The notes under the pieces were generated by a model. The model searched no databases. It was not told where the DNA came from and saw only the letters and a list, made by a program, of their open reading frames with translations. The translations under genes and the position numbers were made by a program. Positions 1 through 13,913 of a stretch of 64,000 nt of DNA are shown here, piece by piece. Source of the stretch: Paraphysomonas bandaiensis (lineage: Eukaryota; Protista; Chrysophyceae); NCBI GenBank assembly GCA_965644295.1, contig CBFFRP010000214.1, positions 1-64,000 on the forward strand. The letters run 5' to 3'. Position 1 is the stretch's first letter; each line of letters starts with the position of its first letter.

Positions 1-3000
1 ACATATGAATGTTGCCCAGTATATATATTTACAATCTTGTGAGTGCTAATCATAGTGTTATAGGTACCTCATTACTACAACTGTCCTCGATTGTGGGATA
101 ATAGCCGCTGTTGGCCTTACTGACTATCCGTACATCACTTGCGAGGTATGTGGGAGACATATGAATGTTGCCCAGTATATATATTTACAATCTTGTGAGT
201 GCTAATCATAGTGTTATAGGTACCTCATTACTACAACTGTCCTCGATTGTGGGATAATAGCCGCTGTTGGCCTTACTGACTATCCGTACATCACTTGCGA
301 GGTATGTGGGAGACATATTATGAATGTTGCCCAGTATATATATTTACAATCTTGTGAGTGCTAATCATAGTGTTATAGGTACCTCATTACTACAACTGTC
401 CTCGATTGTGGGATAATAGCCGCTGTTGGCCTTACTGACTATCCGTACATCACTTGCGAGGTATGTGGGAGACATATGAATGTTGCCCAGTATATATATT
501 TACAATCTTGTGAGTGCTAATCATAGTGTTATAGGTACCTCATTACTACAACTGTCCTCGATTGTGGGATAATAGCCGCTGTTGGCCTTACTGACTATAT
601 CCGTACATCACTTGCGAGGTATGTGGGAGACATATGAATGTTGCCCAGTATATATATTTACAATCTTGTGAGTGCTAATCATAGTGTTATAGGTACCTCA
701 TTACTACAACTGTCCTCGATTGTGGGATAATAGCCGCTGTTGGCCTTACTGACTATATCCGTACATCACTTGCGAGGTATGTGGGAGACATATGAATGTT
801 GCCCAGTATATATATTTACAATCTTGTGAGTGCTAATCATAGTGTTATAGGTACCTCATTACTACAACTGTCCTCGATTGTGGGATAATAGCCGCTGTTG
901 GCCTTACTGACTATCCGTACATCACTTGCGAGGTATGTGGGAGACATATGAATGTTGCCCAGTATATATATTTACAATCTTGTGAGTGCTAACCATAGTG
1001 TTATAGGTACCTCATTACTACAACTGTCCTCGATTGTGGGATAATAGCCGCTGTTGGCCTTACTGACTATATCCGTACATCACTTGCGAGGTATGTGGGA
1101 GACATATGAATGTTGCCCAGTATATATATTTACAATCTTGTGAGTGCTAATCATAGTGTTATAGGTACCTCATTACTACAACTGTCCTCGATTGTGGGAT
1201 AATAGCCGCTGTTGGCCTTACTGACTATCCGTACATCACTTGCGAGGTATGTGGGAGACATATGAATGTTGCCCAGTATATATATTTACAATCTTGTGAG
1301 TGCTAATCATAGTGTTATAGGTACCTCATTACTACAACTGTCCTCGATTGTGGGATAATAGCCGCTGTTGGCCTTACTGACAATATCCGTACATCACTTG
1401 CGAGGTATGTGGGAGACATATGAATGTTGCCCAGTATATATATTTACAATCTTGTGAGTGCTAACCATAGTGTTATAGGTACCTCATTACTACAACTGTC
1501 CTCGATTGTGGGATAATAGCCGCTGTTGGCCTTACTGACTATATCCGTACATCACTTGCGAGGTATGTGGGAGACATATGAATGTTGCCCAGTATATATA
1601 TTTACAATCTTGTGAGTGCTAATCATAGTGTTATAGGTACCTCATTACTACAACTGTCCTCGATTGTGGGATAATAGCCGCTGTTGGCCTTACTGACTAT
1701 ATCCGTACATCACTTGCGAGGTATGTGGGAGACATATTATGAATGTTGCCCAGTATATATATTTACAATCTTGTGAGTGCTAACCATAGTGTTATAGGTA
1801 CCTCATTACTACAACTGTCCTCGATTGTGGGATAATAGCCGCTGTTGTTGGCCTTACTGACTATCCGTACATCACTTGCGAGGTATGTGGGAGACATATG
1901 AATGTTGCCCAGTATATATATTTACAATCTTGTGAGTGCTAACCATAGTGTTATAGGTACCTCATTACTACAACTGTCCTCGATTGTGGGATAATAGCCG
2001 CTGTTGGCCTTACTGACTATATCCGTACATCACTTGCGAGGTATGTGGGAGACATATGAATGTTGCCCAGTATATATATTTACAATCTTGTGAGTGCTAA
2101 TCATAGTGTTATAGGTACCTCATTACTACAACTGTCCTCGATTGTGGGATAATAGCCGCTGTTGGCCTTACTGACTATCCGTACATCACTTGCGAGGTAT
2201 GTGGGAGACATATGAATGTTGCCCAGTATATATATTTACAATCTTGTGAGTGCTAATCATAGTGTTATAGGTACCTCATTACTACAACTGTCCTCGATTG
2301 TGGGATAATAGCCGCTGTTGGCCTTACTGACAATATCCGTACATCACTTGCGAGGTATGTGGGAGACATATTATGAATGTTGCCCAGTATATATATTTAC
2401 AATCTTGTGAGTGCTAACCATAGTGTTATAGGTACCTCATTACTACAACTGTCCTCGATTGTGGGATAATAGCCGCTGTTGGCCTTACTGACAATATCCG
2501 TACATCACTTGCGAGGTATGTGGGAGACATATGAATGTTGCCCAGTATATATATTTACAATCTTGTGAGTGCTAACCATAGTGTTATAGGTACCTCATTA
2601 CTACAACTGTCCTCGATTGTGGGATAATAGCCGCTGTTGGCCTTACTGACTATCCGTACATCACTTGCGAGGTATGTGGGAGACATATGAATGTTGCCCA
2701 GTATATATATTTACAATCTTGTGAGTGCTAATCATAGTGTTATAGGTACCTCATTACTACAACTGTCCTCGATTGTGGGATAATAGCCGCTGTTGGCCTT
2801 ACTGACAATATCCGTACATCACTTGCGAGGTATGTGGGAGACATATTATGAATGTTGCCCAGTATATATATTTACAATCTTGTGAGTGCTAACCATAGTG
2901 TTATAGGTACCTCATTACTACAACTGTCCTCGATTGTGGGATAATAGCCGCTGTTGGCCTTACTGACTATATCCGTACATCACTTGCGAGGTATGTGGGA

Positions 3001-6000
3001 GACATATGAATGTTGCCCAGTATATATATTTACAATCTTGTGAGTGCTAATCATAGTGTTATAGGTACCTCATTACTACAACTGTCCTCGATTGTGGGAT
3101 AATAGCCGCTGTTGGCCTTACTGACTATATCCGTACATCACTTGCGAGGTATGTGGGAGACATATTATGAATGTTGCCCAGTATATATATTTACAATCTT
3201 GTGAGTGCTAACCATAGTGTTATAGGTACCTCATTACTACAACTGTCCTCGATTGTGGGATAATAGCCGCTGTTGGCCTTACTGACTATCCGTACATCAC
3301 TTGCGAGGTATGTGGGAGACATATGAATGTTGCCCAGTATATATATTTACAATCTTGTGAGTGCTAATCATAGTGTTATAGGTACCTCATTACTACAACT
3401 GTCCTCGATTGTGGGATAATAGCCGCTGTTGGCCTTACTGACTATCCGTACATCACTTGCGAGGTATGTGGGAGACATATGAATGTTGCCCAGTATATAT
3501 ATTTACAATCTTGTGAGTGCTAATCATAGTGTTATAGGTACCTCATTACTACAACTGTCCTCGATTGTGGGATAATAGCCGCTGTTGGCCTTACTGACAA
3601 TATCCGTACATCACTTGCGAGGTATGTGGGAGACATATTATGAATGTTGCCCAGTATATATATTTACAATCTTGTGAGTGCTAACCATAGTGTTATAGGT
3701 ACCTCATTACTACAACTGTCCTCGATTGTGGGATAATAGCCGCTGTTGGCCTTACTGACTATATCCGTACATCACTTGCGAGGTATGTGGGAGACATATG
3801 AATGTTGCCCAGTATATATATTTACAATCTTGTGAGTGCTAATCATAGTGTTATAGGTACCTCATTACTACAACTGTCCTCGATTGTGGGATAATAGCCG
3901 CTGTTGGCCTTACTGACTATATCCGTACATCACTTGCGAGGTATGTGGGAGACATATGAATGTTGCCCAGTATATATATTTACAATCTTGTGAGTGCTAA
4001 TCATAGTGTTATAGGTACCTCATTACTACAACTGTCCTCGATTGTGGGATAATAGCCGCTGTTGGCCTTACTGACTATCCGTACATCACTTGCGAGGTAT
4101 GTGGGAGACATATGAATGTTGCCCAGTATATATATTTACAATCTTGTGAGTGCTAACCATAGTGTTATAGGTACCTCATTACTACAACTGTCCTCGATTG
4201 TGGGATAATAGCCGCTGTTGGCCTTACTGACTATATCCGTACATCACTTGCGAGGTATGTGGGAGACATATGAATGTTGCCCAGTATATATATTTACAAT
4301 CTTGTGAGTGCTAATCATAGTGTTATAGGTACCTCATTACTACAACTGTCCTCGATTGTGGGATAATAGCCGCTGTTGGCCTTACTGACTATCCGTACAT
4401 CACTTGCGAGGTATGTGGGAGACATATGAATGTTGCCCAGTATATATATTTACAATCTTGTGAGTGCTAATCATAGTGTTATAGGTACCTCATTACTACA
4501 ACTGTCCTCGATTGTGGGATAATAGCCGCTGTTGGCCTTACTGACAATATCCGTACATCACTTGCGAGGTATGTGGGAGACATATTATGAATGTTGCCCA
4601 GTATATATATTTACAATCTTGTGAGTGCTAACCATAGTGTTATAGGTACCTCATTACTACAACTGTCCTCGATTGTGGGATAATAGCCGCTGTTGGCCTT
4701 ACTGACTATCCGTACATCACTTGCGAGGTATGTGGGAGACATATGAATGTTGCCCAGTATATATATTTACAATCTTGTGAGTGCTAATCATAGTGTTATA
4801 GGTACCTCATTACTACAACTGTCCTCGATTGTGGGATAATAGCCGCTGTTGGCCTTACTGACTATATCCGTACATCACTTGCGAGGTATGTGGGAGACAT
4901 ATGAATGTTGCCCAGTATATATATTTACAATCTTGTGAGTGCTAATCATAGTGTTATAGGTACCTCATTACTACAACTGTCCTCGATTGTGGGATAATAG
5001 CCGCTGTTGGCCTTACTGACTATATCCGTACATCACTTGCGAGGTATGTGGGAGACATATGAATGTTGCCCAGTATATATATTTACAATCTTGTGAGTGC
5101 TAATCATAGTGTTATAGGTACCTCATTACTACAACTGTCCTCGATTGTGGGATAATAGCCGCTGTTGGCCTTACTGACTATCCGTACATCACTTGCGAGG
5201 TATGTGGGAGACATATGAATGTTGCCCAGTATATATATTTACAATCTTGTGAGTGCTAATCATAGTGTTATAGGTACCTCATTACTACAACTGTCCTCGA
5301 TTGTGGGATAATAGCCGCTGTTGGCCTTACTGACTATCCGTACATCACTTGCGAGGTATGTGGGAGACATATTATGAATGTTGCCCAGTATATATATTTA
5401 CAATCTTGTGAGTGCTAATCATAGTGTTATAGGTACCTCATTACTACAACTGTCCTCGATTGTGGGATAATAGCCGCTGTTGGCCTTACTGACTATATCC
5501 GTACATCACTTGCGAGGTATGTGGGAGACATATGAATGTTGCCCAGTATATATATTTACAATCTTGTGAGTGCTAATCATAGTGTTATAGGTACCTCATT
5601 ACTACAACTGTCCTCGATTGTGGGATAATAGCCGCTGTTGGCCTTACTGACTATATCCGTACATCACTTGCGAGGTATGTGGGAGACATATTATGAATGT
5701 TGCCCAGTATATATATTTACAATCTTGTGAGTGCTAACCATAGTGTTATAGGTACCTCATTACTACAACTGTCCTCGATTGTGGGATAATAGCCGCTGTT
5801 GGCCTTACTGACAATATCCGTACATCACTTGCGAGGTATGTGGGAGACATATGAATGTTGCCCAGTATATATATTTACAATCTTGTGAGTGCTAACCATA
5901 GTGTTATAGGTACCTCATTACTACAACTGTCCTCGATTGTGGGATAATAGCCGCTGTTGGCCTTACTGACTATCCGTACATCACTTGCGAGGTATGTGGG

Positions 6001-9000
6001 AGACATATGAATGTTGCCCAGTATATATATTTACAATCTTGTGAGTGCTAATCATAGTGTTATAGGTACCTCATTACTACAACTGTCCTCGATTGTGGGA
6101 TAATAGCCGCTGTTGGCCTTACTGACAATATCCGTACATCACTTGCAAGGTATGTGGGAGACATATTATGAATGTTGCCCAGTATATATATTTACAATCT
6201 TGTGAGTGCTAACCATAGTGTTATAGGTACCTCATTACTACAACTGTCCTCGATTGTGGGATAATAGCCGCTGTTGGCCTTACTGACTATATCCGTACAT
6301 CACTTGCGAGGTATGTGGGAGACATATGAATGTTGCCCAGTATATATCTTTACAATCTTGTGAGTGCTAATCATAGTGTTATAGGTACCTCATTACTACA
6401 ACTGTCCTCGATTGTGGGATAATAGCCGCTGTTGGCCTTACTGACTATCCGTACATCACTTGCGAGGTATGTGGGAGACATATGAATGTTGCCCAGTATA
6501 TATATTTACAATCTTGTGAGTGCTAATCATAGTGTTATAGGTACCTCATTACTACAACTGTCCTCGATTGTGGGATAATAGCCGCTGTTGGCCTTACTGA
6601 CTATCCGTACATCACTTGCGAGGTATGTGGGAGACATATGAATGTTGCCCAGTATATATATTTACAATCTTGTGAGTGCTAATCATAGTGTTATAGGTAC
6701 CTCATTACTACAACTGTCCTCGATTGTGGGATAATAGCCGCTGTTGGCCTTACTGACAATATCCGTACATCACTTGCGAGGTATGTGGGAGACATATTAT
6801 GAATGTTGCCCAGTATATATATTTACAATCTTGTGAGTGCTAACCATAGTGTTATAGGTACCTCATTACTACAACTGTCCTCGATTGTGGGATAATAGCC
6901 GCTGTTGGCCTTACTGACTATATCCGTACATCACTTGCGAGGTATGTGGGAGACATATGAATGTTGCCCAGTATATATATTTACAATCTTGTGAGTGCTA
7001 ATCATAGTGTTATAGGTACCTCATTACTACAACTGTCCTCGATTGTGGGATAATAGCCGCTGTTGGCCTTACTGACAATATCCGTACATCACTTGCGAGG
7101 TATGTGGGAGACATATTATGAATGTTGCCCAGTATATATATTTACAATCTTGTGAGTGCTAACCATAGTGTTATAGGTACCTCATTACTACAACTGTCCT
7201 CGATTGTGGGATAATAGCCGCTGTTGGCCTTACTGACAATATCCGTACATCACTTGCGAGGTATGTGGGAGACATATGAATGTTGCCCAGTATATATATT
7301 TACAATCTTGTGAGTGCTAATCATAGTGTTATAGGTACCTCATTACTACAACTGTCCTCGATTGTGGGATAATAGCCGCTGTTGGCCTTACTGACTATCC
7401 GTACATCACTTGCGAGGTATGTGGGAGACATATGAATGTTGCCCAGTATATATATTTACAATCTTGTGAGTGCTAATCATAGTGTTATAGGTACCTCATT
7501 ACTACAACTGTCCTCGATTGTGGGATAATAGCCGCTGTTGGCCTTACTGACAATATCCGTACATCACTTGCGAGGTATGTGGGAGACATATTATGAATGT
7601 TGCCCAGTATATATATTTACAATCTTGTGAGTGCTAACCATAGTGTTATAGGTACCTCATTACTACAACTGTCCTCGATTGTGGGATAATAGCCGCTGTT
7701 GGCCTTACTGACTATATCCGTACATCACTTGCGAGGTATGTGGGAGACATATGAATGTTGCCCAGTATATATATTTACAATCTTGTGAGTGCTAATCATA
7801 GTGTTATAGGTACCTCATTACTACAACTGTCCTCGATTGTGGGATAATAGCCGCTGTTGGCCTTACTGACAATATCCGTACATCACTTGCGAGGTATGTG
7901 GGAGACATATTATGAATGTTGCCCAGTATATATATTTACAATCTTGTGAGTGCTAACCATAGTGTTATAGGTACCTCATTACTACAACTGTCCTCGATTG
8001 TGGGATAATAGCCGCTGTTGGCCTTACTGACAATATCCGTACATCACTTGCGAGGTATGTGGGAGACATATGAATGTTGCCCAGTATATATATTTACAAT
8101 CTTGTGAGTGCTAACCATAGTGTTATAGGTACCTCATTACTACAACTGTCATCGATTGTGGGATAATAGCCGCTGTTGGCCTTACTGACTATCCGTACAT
8201 CACTTGCGAGGTATGTGGGAGACATATGAATGTTGCCCAGTATATATATTTACAATCTTGTGAGTGCTAATCATAGTGTTATAGGTACCTCATTACTACA
8301 ACTGTCCTCGATTGTGGGATAATAGCCGCTGTTGGCCTTACTGACAATATCCGTACATCACTTGCGAGGTATGTGGGAGACATATTATGAATGTTGCCCA
8401 GTATATATATTTACAATCTTGTGAGTGCTAACCATAGTGTTATAGGTACCTCATTACTACAACTGTCCTCGATTGTGGGATAATAGCCGCTGTTGGCCTT
8501 ACTGACTATATCCGTACATCACTTGCGAGGTATGTGGGAGACATATGAATGTTGCCCAGTATATATATTTACAATCTTGTGAGTGCTAATCATAGTGTTA
8601 TAGGTACCTCATTACTACAACTGTCCTCGATTGTGGGATAATAGCCGCTGTTGGCCTTACTGACTATCCGTACATCACTTGCGAGGTATGTGGGAGACAT
8701 ATATGAATGTTGCCCAGTATATATATTTACAATCTTGTGAGTGCTAATCATAGTGTTATAGGTACCTCATTACTACAACTGTCCTCGATTGTGGGATATA
8801 ATAGCCGCTGTTGGCCTTACTGACTATCCGTACATCACTTGCGAGGTATGTGGGAGACATATGAATGTTGCCCAGTATATATATTTACAATCTTGTGAGT
8901 GCTAATCATAGTGTTATAGGTACCTCATTACTACAACTGTCCTCGATTGTGGGATAATAGCCGCTGTTGGCCTTACTGACTATATCCGTACATCACTTGC

Positions 9001-9075
9001 GAGGTATGTGGGAGACATATGAATGTTGCCCAGTATATATATTTACAATCTTGTGAGTGCTAATCATAGTGTTAT
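1..9075. repeat. Tandem satellite, 156-bp basic unit (variants to ~161 bp), roughly 57 copies, runs off the left edge
   Basis: Unit ACATATGAATGTTGCCCAG...GCGAGGTATGTGGGAG restarts at 1 and 157. Variation is almost limited to CTAAT/CTAAC, GACTATCC/GACTATATCC/GACAATATCC and ACATATG/ACATATTATG. A diverged related unit follows at ~9076-9215. Confidence 0.98.
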
Positions 9076-9504
9076 GTACTATCATAGGTACCTCAGTCCA
9101 ACTAATATCCTCGATTGTGGAGCAATAGCCCCCTACTCTATTTTTTCTCTGTGCAACTGCGCTTCACTGTTGGCTATATAGGTGCACATCACTTGGGAGG
9201 TGTGTACGAGATATATATTGTCCTGTACATATCTTAATGTTATCGTCAGGGAACATTATTGTCAAGCTCCATTATGCCTGAAAGGATTTGCGGCAGTCCT
9301 TGCAATATTTCGAGTGCCTGGAGATATGTATATGCTTGGATTGGTGCTGGTATACAAGAGCGAGAAAGGGTTTCGATGGAAGCGTCGGTTCTCTGATGCC
9401 CCTGATGAGATATTTGTCCATCCTAAGATACGATGCTGAAATATATGATGCACATTGCATATATTGCATGCATACAAAATATTTGCTAGAGTATGCTCCC
9501 ACGT

Positions 9505-9660
9505 TTGACTAGGTGAATACCCTATTCCACCTAGTCAACCTAGTCATTGTAAAAAGTTAAAAATCTAATTATTTAATGACTAGGTTTTTCAACCTTTTGA
9601 CTAGAGGTTTTTACACCAATTTTGGTGTGACTAGGAAATTCCACCAAATTGACTAGGTCG
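9505..9660. repeat. Hairpin plus clustered GACTAG(G) motifs, possible DNA-transposon subterminal region
   Basis: TTGACTAGGTG (9505) and CACCTAGTCAA (to 9538) are inverted. About 7 GACTAG/CTAGTC motifs lie within 155 bp. Confidence 0.5.
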
Positions 9661-10068
9661 AAAAATAGATCCCAAAGTATTACTTATAATATTTTTTACT
9701 ATTTTCGTCCATATTACTTCAGTTTTAGAGCTATAAAAGTCACCGACTACACATATATATTACATACAGTTCACAAGTATGAACTATAACCATCTCACTA
9801 TACACCACTTTAGTCGTCGATATTCGTGGCGACATATATATCCAACGACGACCCGGAGGCGGAGGAAGAAATACCATGAAAGCGCACGAGCAGGCAGGGT
9901 AAGTAATACTGTTCATAAAGATGGTGACGGGGTCGTAGTTCGTATATATGCGGTATTGTTCTGATTATTGTTGTGCGTTGTTAGTATACACTGTACTAAC
10001 TGTGTATATGATGGTGTGTAGGAGAAGTGCAACGGGAAGAAGAATGATGTCGACATTGGAGGCGACAT

Positions 10069-10172
10069 AAAGTCGAGGTAATACCAAAACCTGGTAAAAA
10101 GCGATTTCACCAGGTTTCATATCTAAGTATTGAGTTATTATTTTACTGTAATTTGTATCTGAGAGGTTAAAG
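10069..10172. repeat. ~100-bp dispersed repeat with internal hairpin
   Basis: AAGTCGAGGTAATACCAAAACCTGGT...ACCAGGTTTC...GAGAGGTTAAAG recurs at ~55204-55309 and ~55320-55412, and as an inverted fragment at ~28878-28907. Confidence 0.85.
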
Positions 10173-10222
10173 ATAAAAAAATAGTTGCAATTATAGTTGT
10201 TATTTTAGCAATATATATTGCG

Positions 10223-10720
10223 TTACAAGTTGGCCCTGCCACGACTTGTGATTTGTAATATCATATTCTCATATAGCTGCATTTGCCTCTCTTGAGATTG
10301 CAAACGCTCCAACCGAATAGCCTGGTTTTGGATACAATGCATACGCATAAAGCTATCTTCACCACTACTACTTACAGTATTAGTATTAGTACCTATGCTC
10401 TGAGACGACGCGGCTGCAGCCGTTGGGGGCACAGTACTAGTAGGTGGAGGATCATATATATGCAGGTGGAGGATCATCATTTTTTCTCATTATAAGATCA
10501 CGAAGTTCTGCTAGTCCGGACATCATTTCCTGACGAAGTTCAGCAACAGCGGGAGGTATCAGATCTGCTTTCTGCTGGGATTCGACGACCCGCCATCATC
10601 TTCATGAACAGTACTACTTACCCTGCTCGTGCGCTTTCGCGGTACCTCTTCCTCCGAGTCGTCGTTGGATATGTCGCCACGAATTTCGACCACATTCTTC
10701 TTCCCTTTGTACTTCTCCTA
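10223..10720 (-). pseudogene. Decayed, frameshifted ORF of unknown (probably repeat-borne) origin
   Basis: Coding-like pieces EKYKGKKNVVEIRGDISNDDSEEEVPRKRTSR, IPPAVAELRQEMMSGLAELRDLIM and QNQAIRLERLQSQERQMQLYE lie in shifting frames. Fragments are duplicated at ~9825-9940, ~10012-10069 and ~36590-36714. Confidence 0.45.
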
Positions 10721-11054
10721 CACCATTATCTTTTGTTGGGAACTTGGCTGAACTGTATTTTAATGGGCATAATTCACTTTTGATGTGATCGACAATAAGA
10801 TAAATAGTCACACTGTAAGAAGTCATGGGTAATTTTACGCCACGGTGCTGCTTAATTATTTTAGAATCATCTATTGAAGTTAGTAATAGCGGCCATCACA
10901 CCTCGTTTATGACCTACTATATATAGATATAGTAGGGATTAGTCATAATAGTTTAATATCATCATATATATATCGTATAAAACGAGATATTTTATGCACG
11001 AATACTAAACTAATGGAAGAAATACCTAATCGAATAGATGTTGTGAATATCCTA

Positions 11055-11230
11055 CTATTAGCAATATATATATAGGCGGGTAAAAGAGAGTCAGAATTAA
11101 TGTAGTAAAGCAATTTGACTAACTAGTGCTTAACTCTGATATCCTACTATATTTAACGCTACATGGGCTGCTTGTGCGTCACCGCAATTTTCAGGGTGCA
11201 ACCACTTTTGCGCTTTCACTCAAGCTAACG
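11055..11230 (-). mobile_element. 3' part of the short non-autonomous retroelement (SINE-like family)
   Basis: Reverse complement contains GGTTGCACC...TGCGGTGACGCACAAGCAGC...GTAGCGTTAAAT...AGTAGGATATCAGAGTTAAGCAC, as in the other copies. Confidence 0.8.
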
Positions 11231-12454
11231 CAGGTATTATGCACCAATATACTAAACTATAATAGAAGAAATTCCACTGAGTTAAGAGTGAACCCACCGA
11301 CTTTTCACCGCAATGAATTGCTAGTTACCTACTCTCTGAGTGGCTAACATATACAGCAAAACGACCTAATTCAACACACTATATGGGACGAAGAACACAT
11401 TATGGCACAACAGTAACGTCTACAAGAAACTTGAACTTTGGAAACCCTCTTCAGTAAAATTCTTCCACTAAGTACAAGAATTTTGTTCCCTGCAGCTGCA
11501 TATTATGGGCTACTCAGGGTCCAACGGTAAGTAGTATCAGGTAACGAGAGCCAACGATGTGAGGCTTCATAGCGTTTAGCCAAAACCTAAACATCTCTAA
11601 ATTTTGAATATGTGTATTGCTGTTACATAATGCCTTGTGCGTATGCCCTAGAGATTATATCAGTGAAAAGATACAAGAGTTCAATACCTATTTAAAAATG
11701 GAATGTAAAGTAGAATATTTTGCGAGAAAATATATATTTTATGTACACTACACGTTACAGCATAGTAATTATTTCGGCTATAAATTTGTTTTTGGTAGTA
11801 TTTAGATCCAGTGATCGCAAATCTGACAATGAAGTATAATATGTGTCAACTTTCGTCATATTAGGATAGCTTAGACTTAATTAACTGAACGCGATATATC
11901 ATTACGGTCATGAACACCACCTATTTTTCATTGTCATTCGCCACGTTAGAATTGAACATTACACTAAACCTAACCTTACTTTGTTGCACACAATGTACTT
12001 TCAAGTAAGAAATTTTATTACGCCAAATTCATGTTGTCTCAAGTACCAATCATTTAAATACGATCTTATATAGTCACGATTTTATACGGTCAAAATATAG
12101 CAGTTTCACTACTATAATCACTATCATAATAATAGTTCTCATTCTCTCTATAATAATTCGTCGATTAACAGTCGTAGTTCAAATACCGTACAACTACAGC
12201 TTTAAATTGTTACTCTCAAACAGCAAAAGTCAATAATGTGAAATTATTTTGTTTAGTATAATATGGTGGATGATATGGATGGTTCGTACTACCACTACTA
12301 GAGGTCTGAACGCAATAGTAACGGTACCAGCGTTGCACACCAGTAACACATTCTTAGTATTGTGTATTGGCTAGTACTCAATTTATTGTTATTGACAAGC
12401 AATATATTTGTCTACATGCCGCAGTTCTTGCTAGTGACTCACATTTCACATGCA

Positions 12455-13453
<999 letters not shown>

Positions 13454-13913
13454 TCACCTGCTGAAACACTCACCGCTGCTCTGCCTTACCAACACGCTAC
13501 ACCCTGATAGAGAGAGAGGACTGTAGAGCGCATACAGGGAATACAGTACTACACCATAACTGCTGCTCTTGATGTGGTGAAATCATGTGTGTCTTCGTTG
13601 GGTTGCTGTGTGTGACATCTGGTTTGGATCTAAGTGTCTGTTGAAGATACGGCCCCCATGTGATCTGATTATGTGCGTCTGCAATTGCAGTATACTGCTG
13701 TACGCGCAGACACATACATACATACATATATACATGCATACCATAGAGATACACACTCACACAACACAACAACCCCACACACACATATATATATACACAG
13801 CACACACAGAAACACACCCTCACACATCATATCATCTGCAGCTACACCAGAGGCTTAGCTCTGAATTGTTGCATTATCCATTGTGTAAGCCGTTGTGATC
13901 AGGTTTGTTATCA

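Noticed and set aside
63-125. Peptide CPRLWDNSRCWP resembling the class B GPCR hormone-binding motif
   Set aside because: The frame stops immediately (TGA) in every unit and is not kept in the diverged unit; treated as chance.
63-146. 84-nt exon variant as a 28-aa RI-type leucine-rich repeat
   Set aside because: Lacks LxxLxLxxN, and many units are 82 nt and would break the frame.
1-9075. CRISPR array
   Set aside because: No unique spacers, whole units are near-identical, the context is eukaryotic and there are no cas genes.
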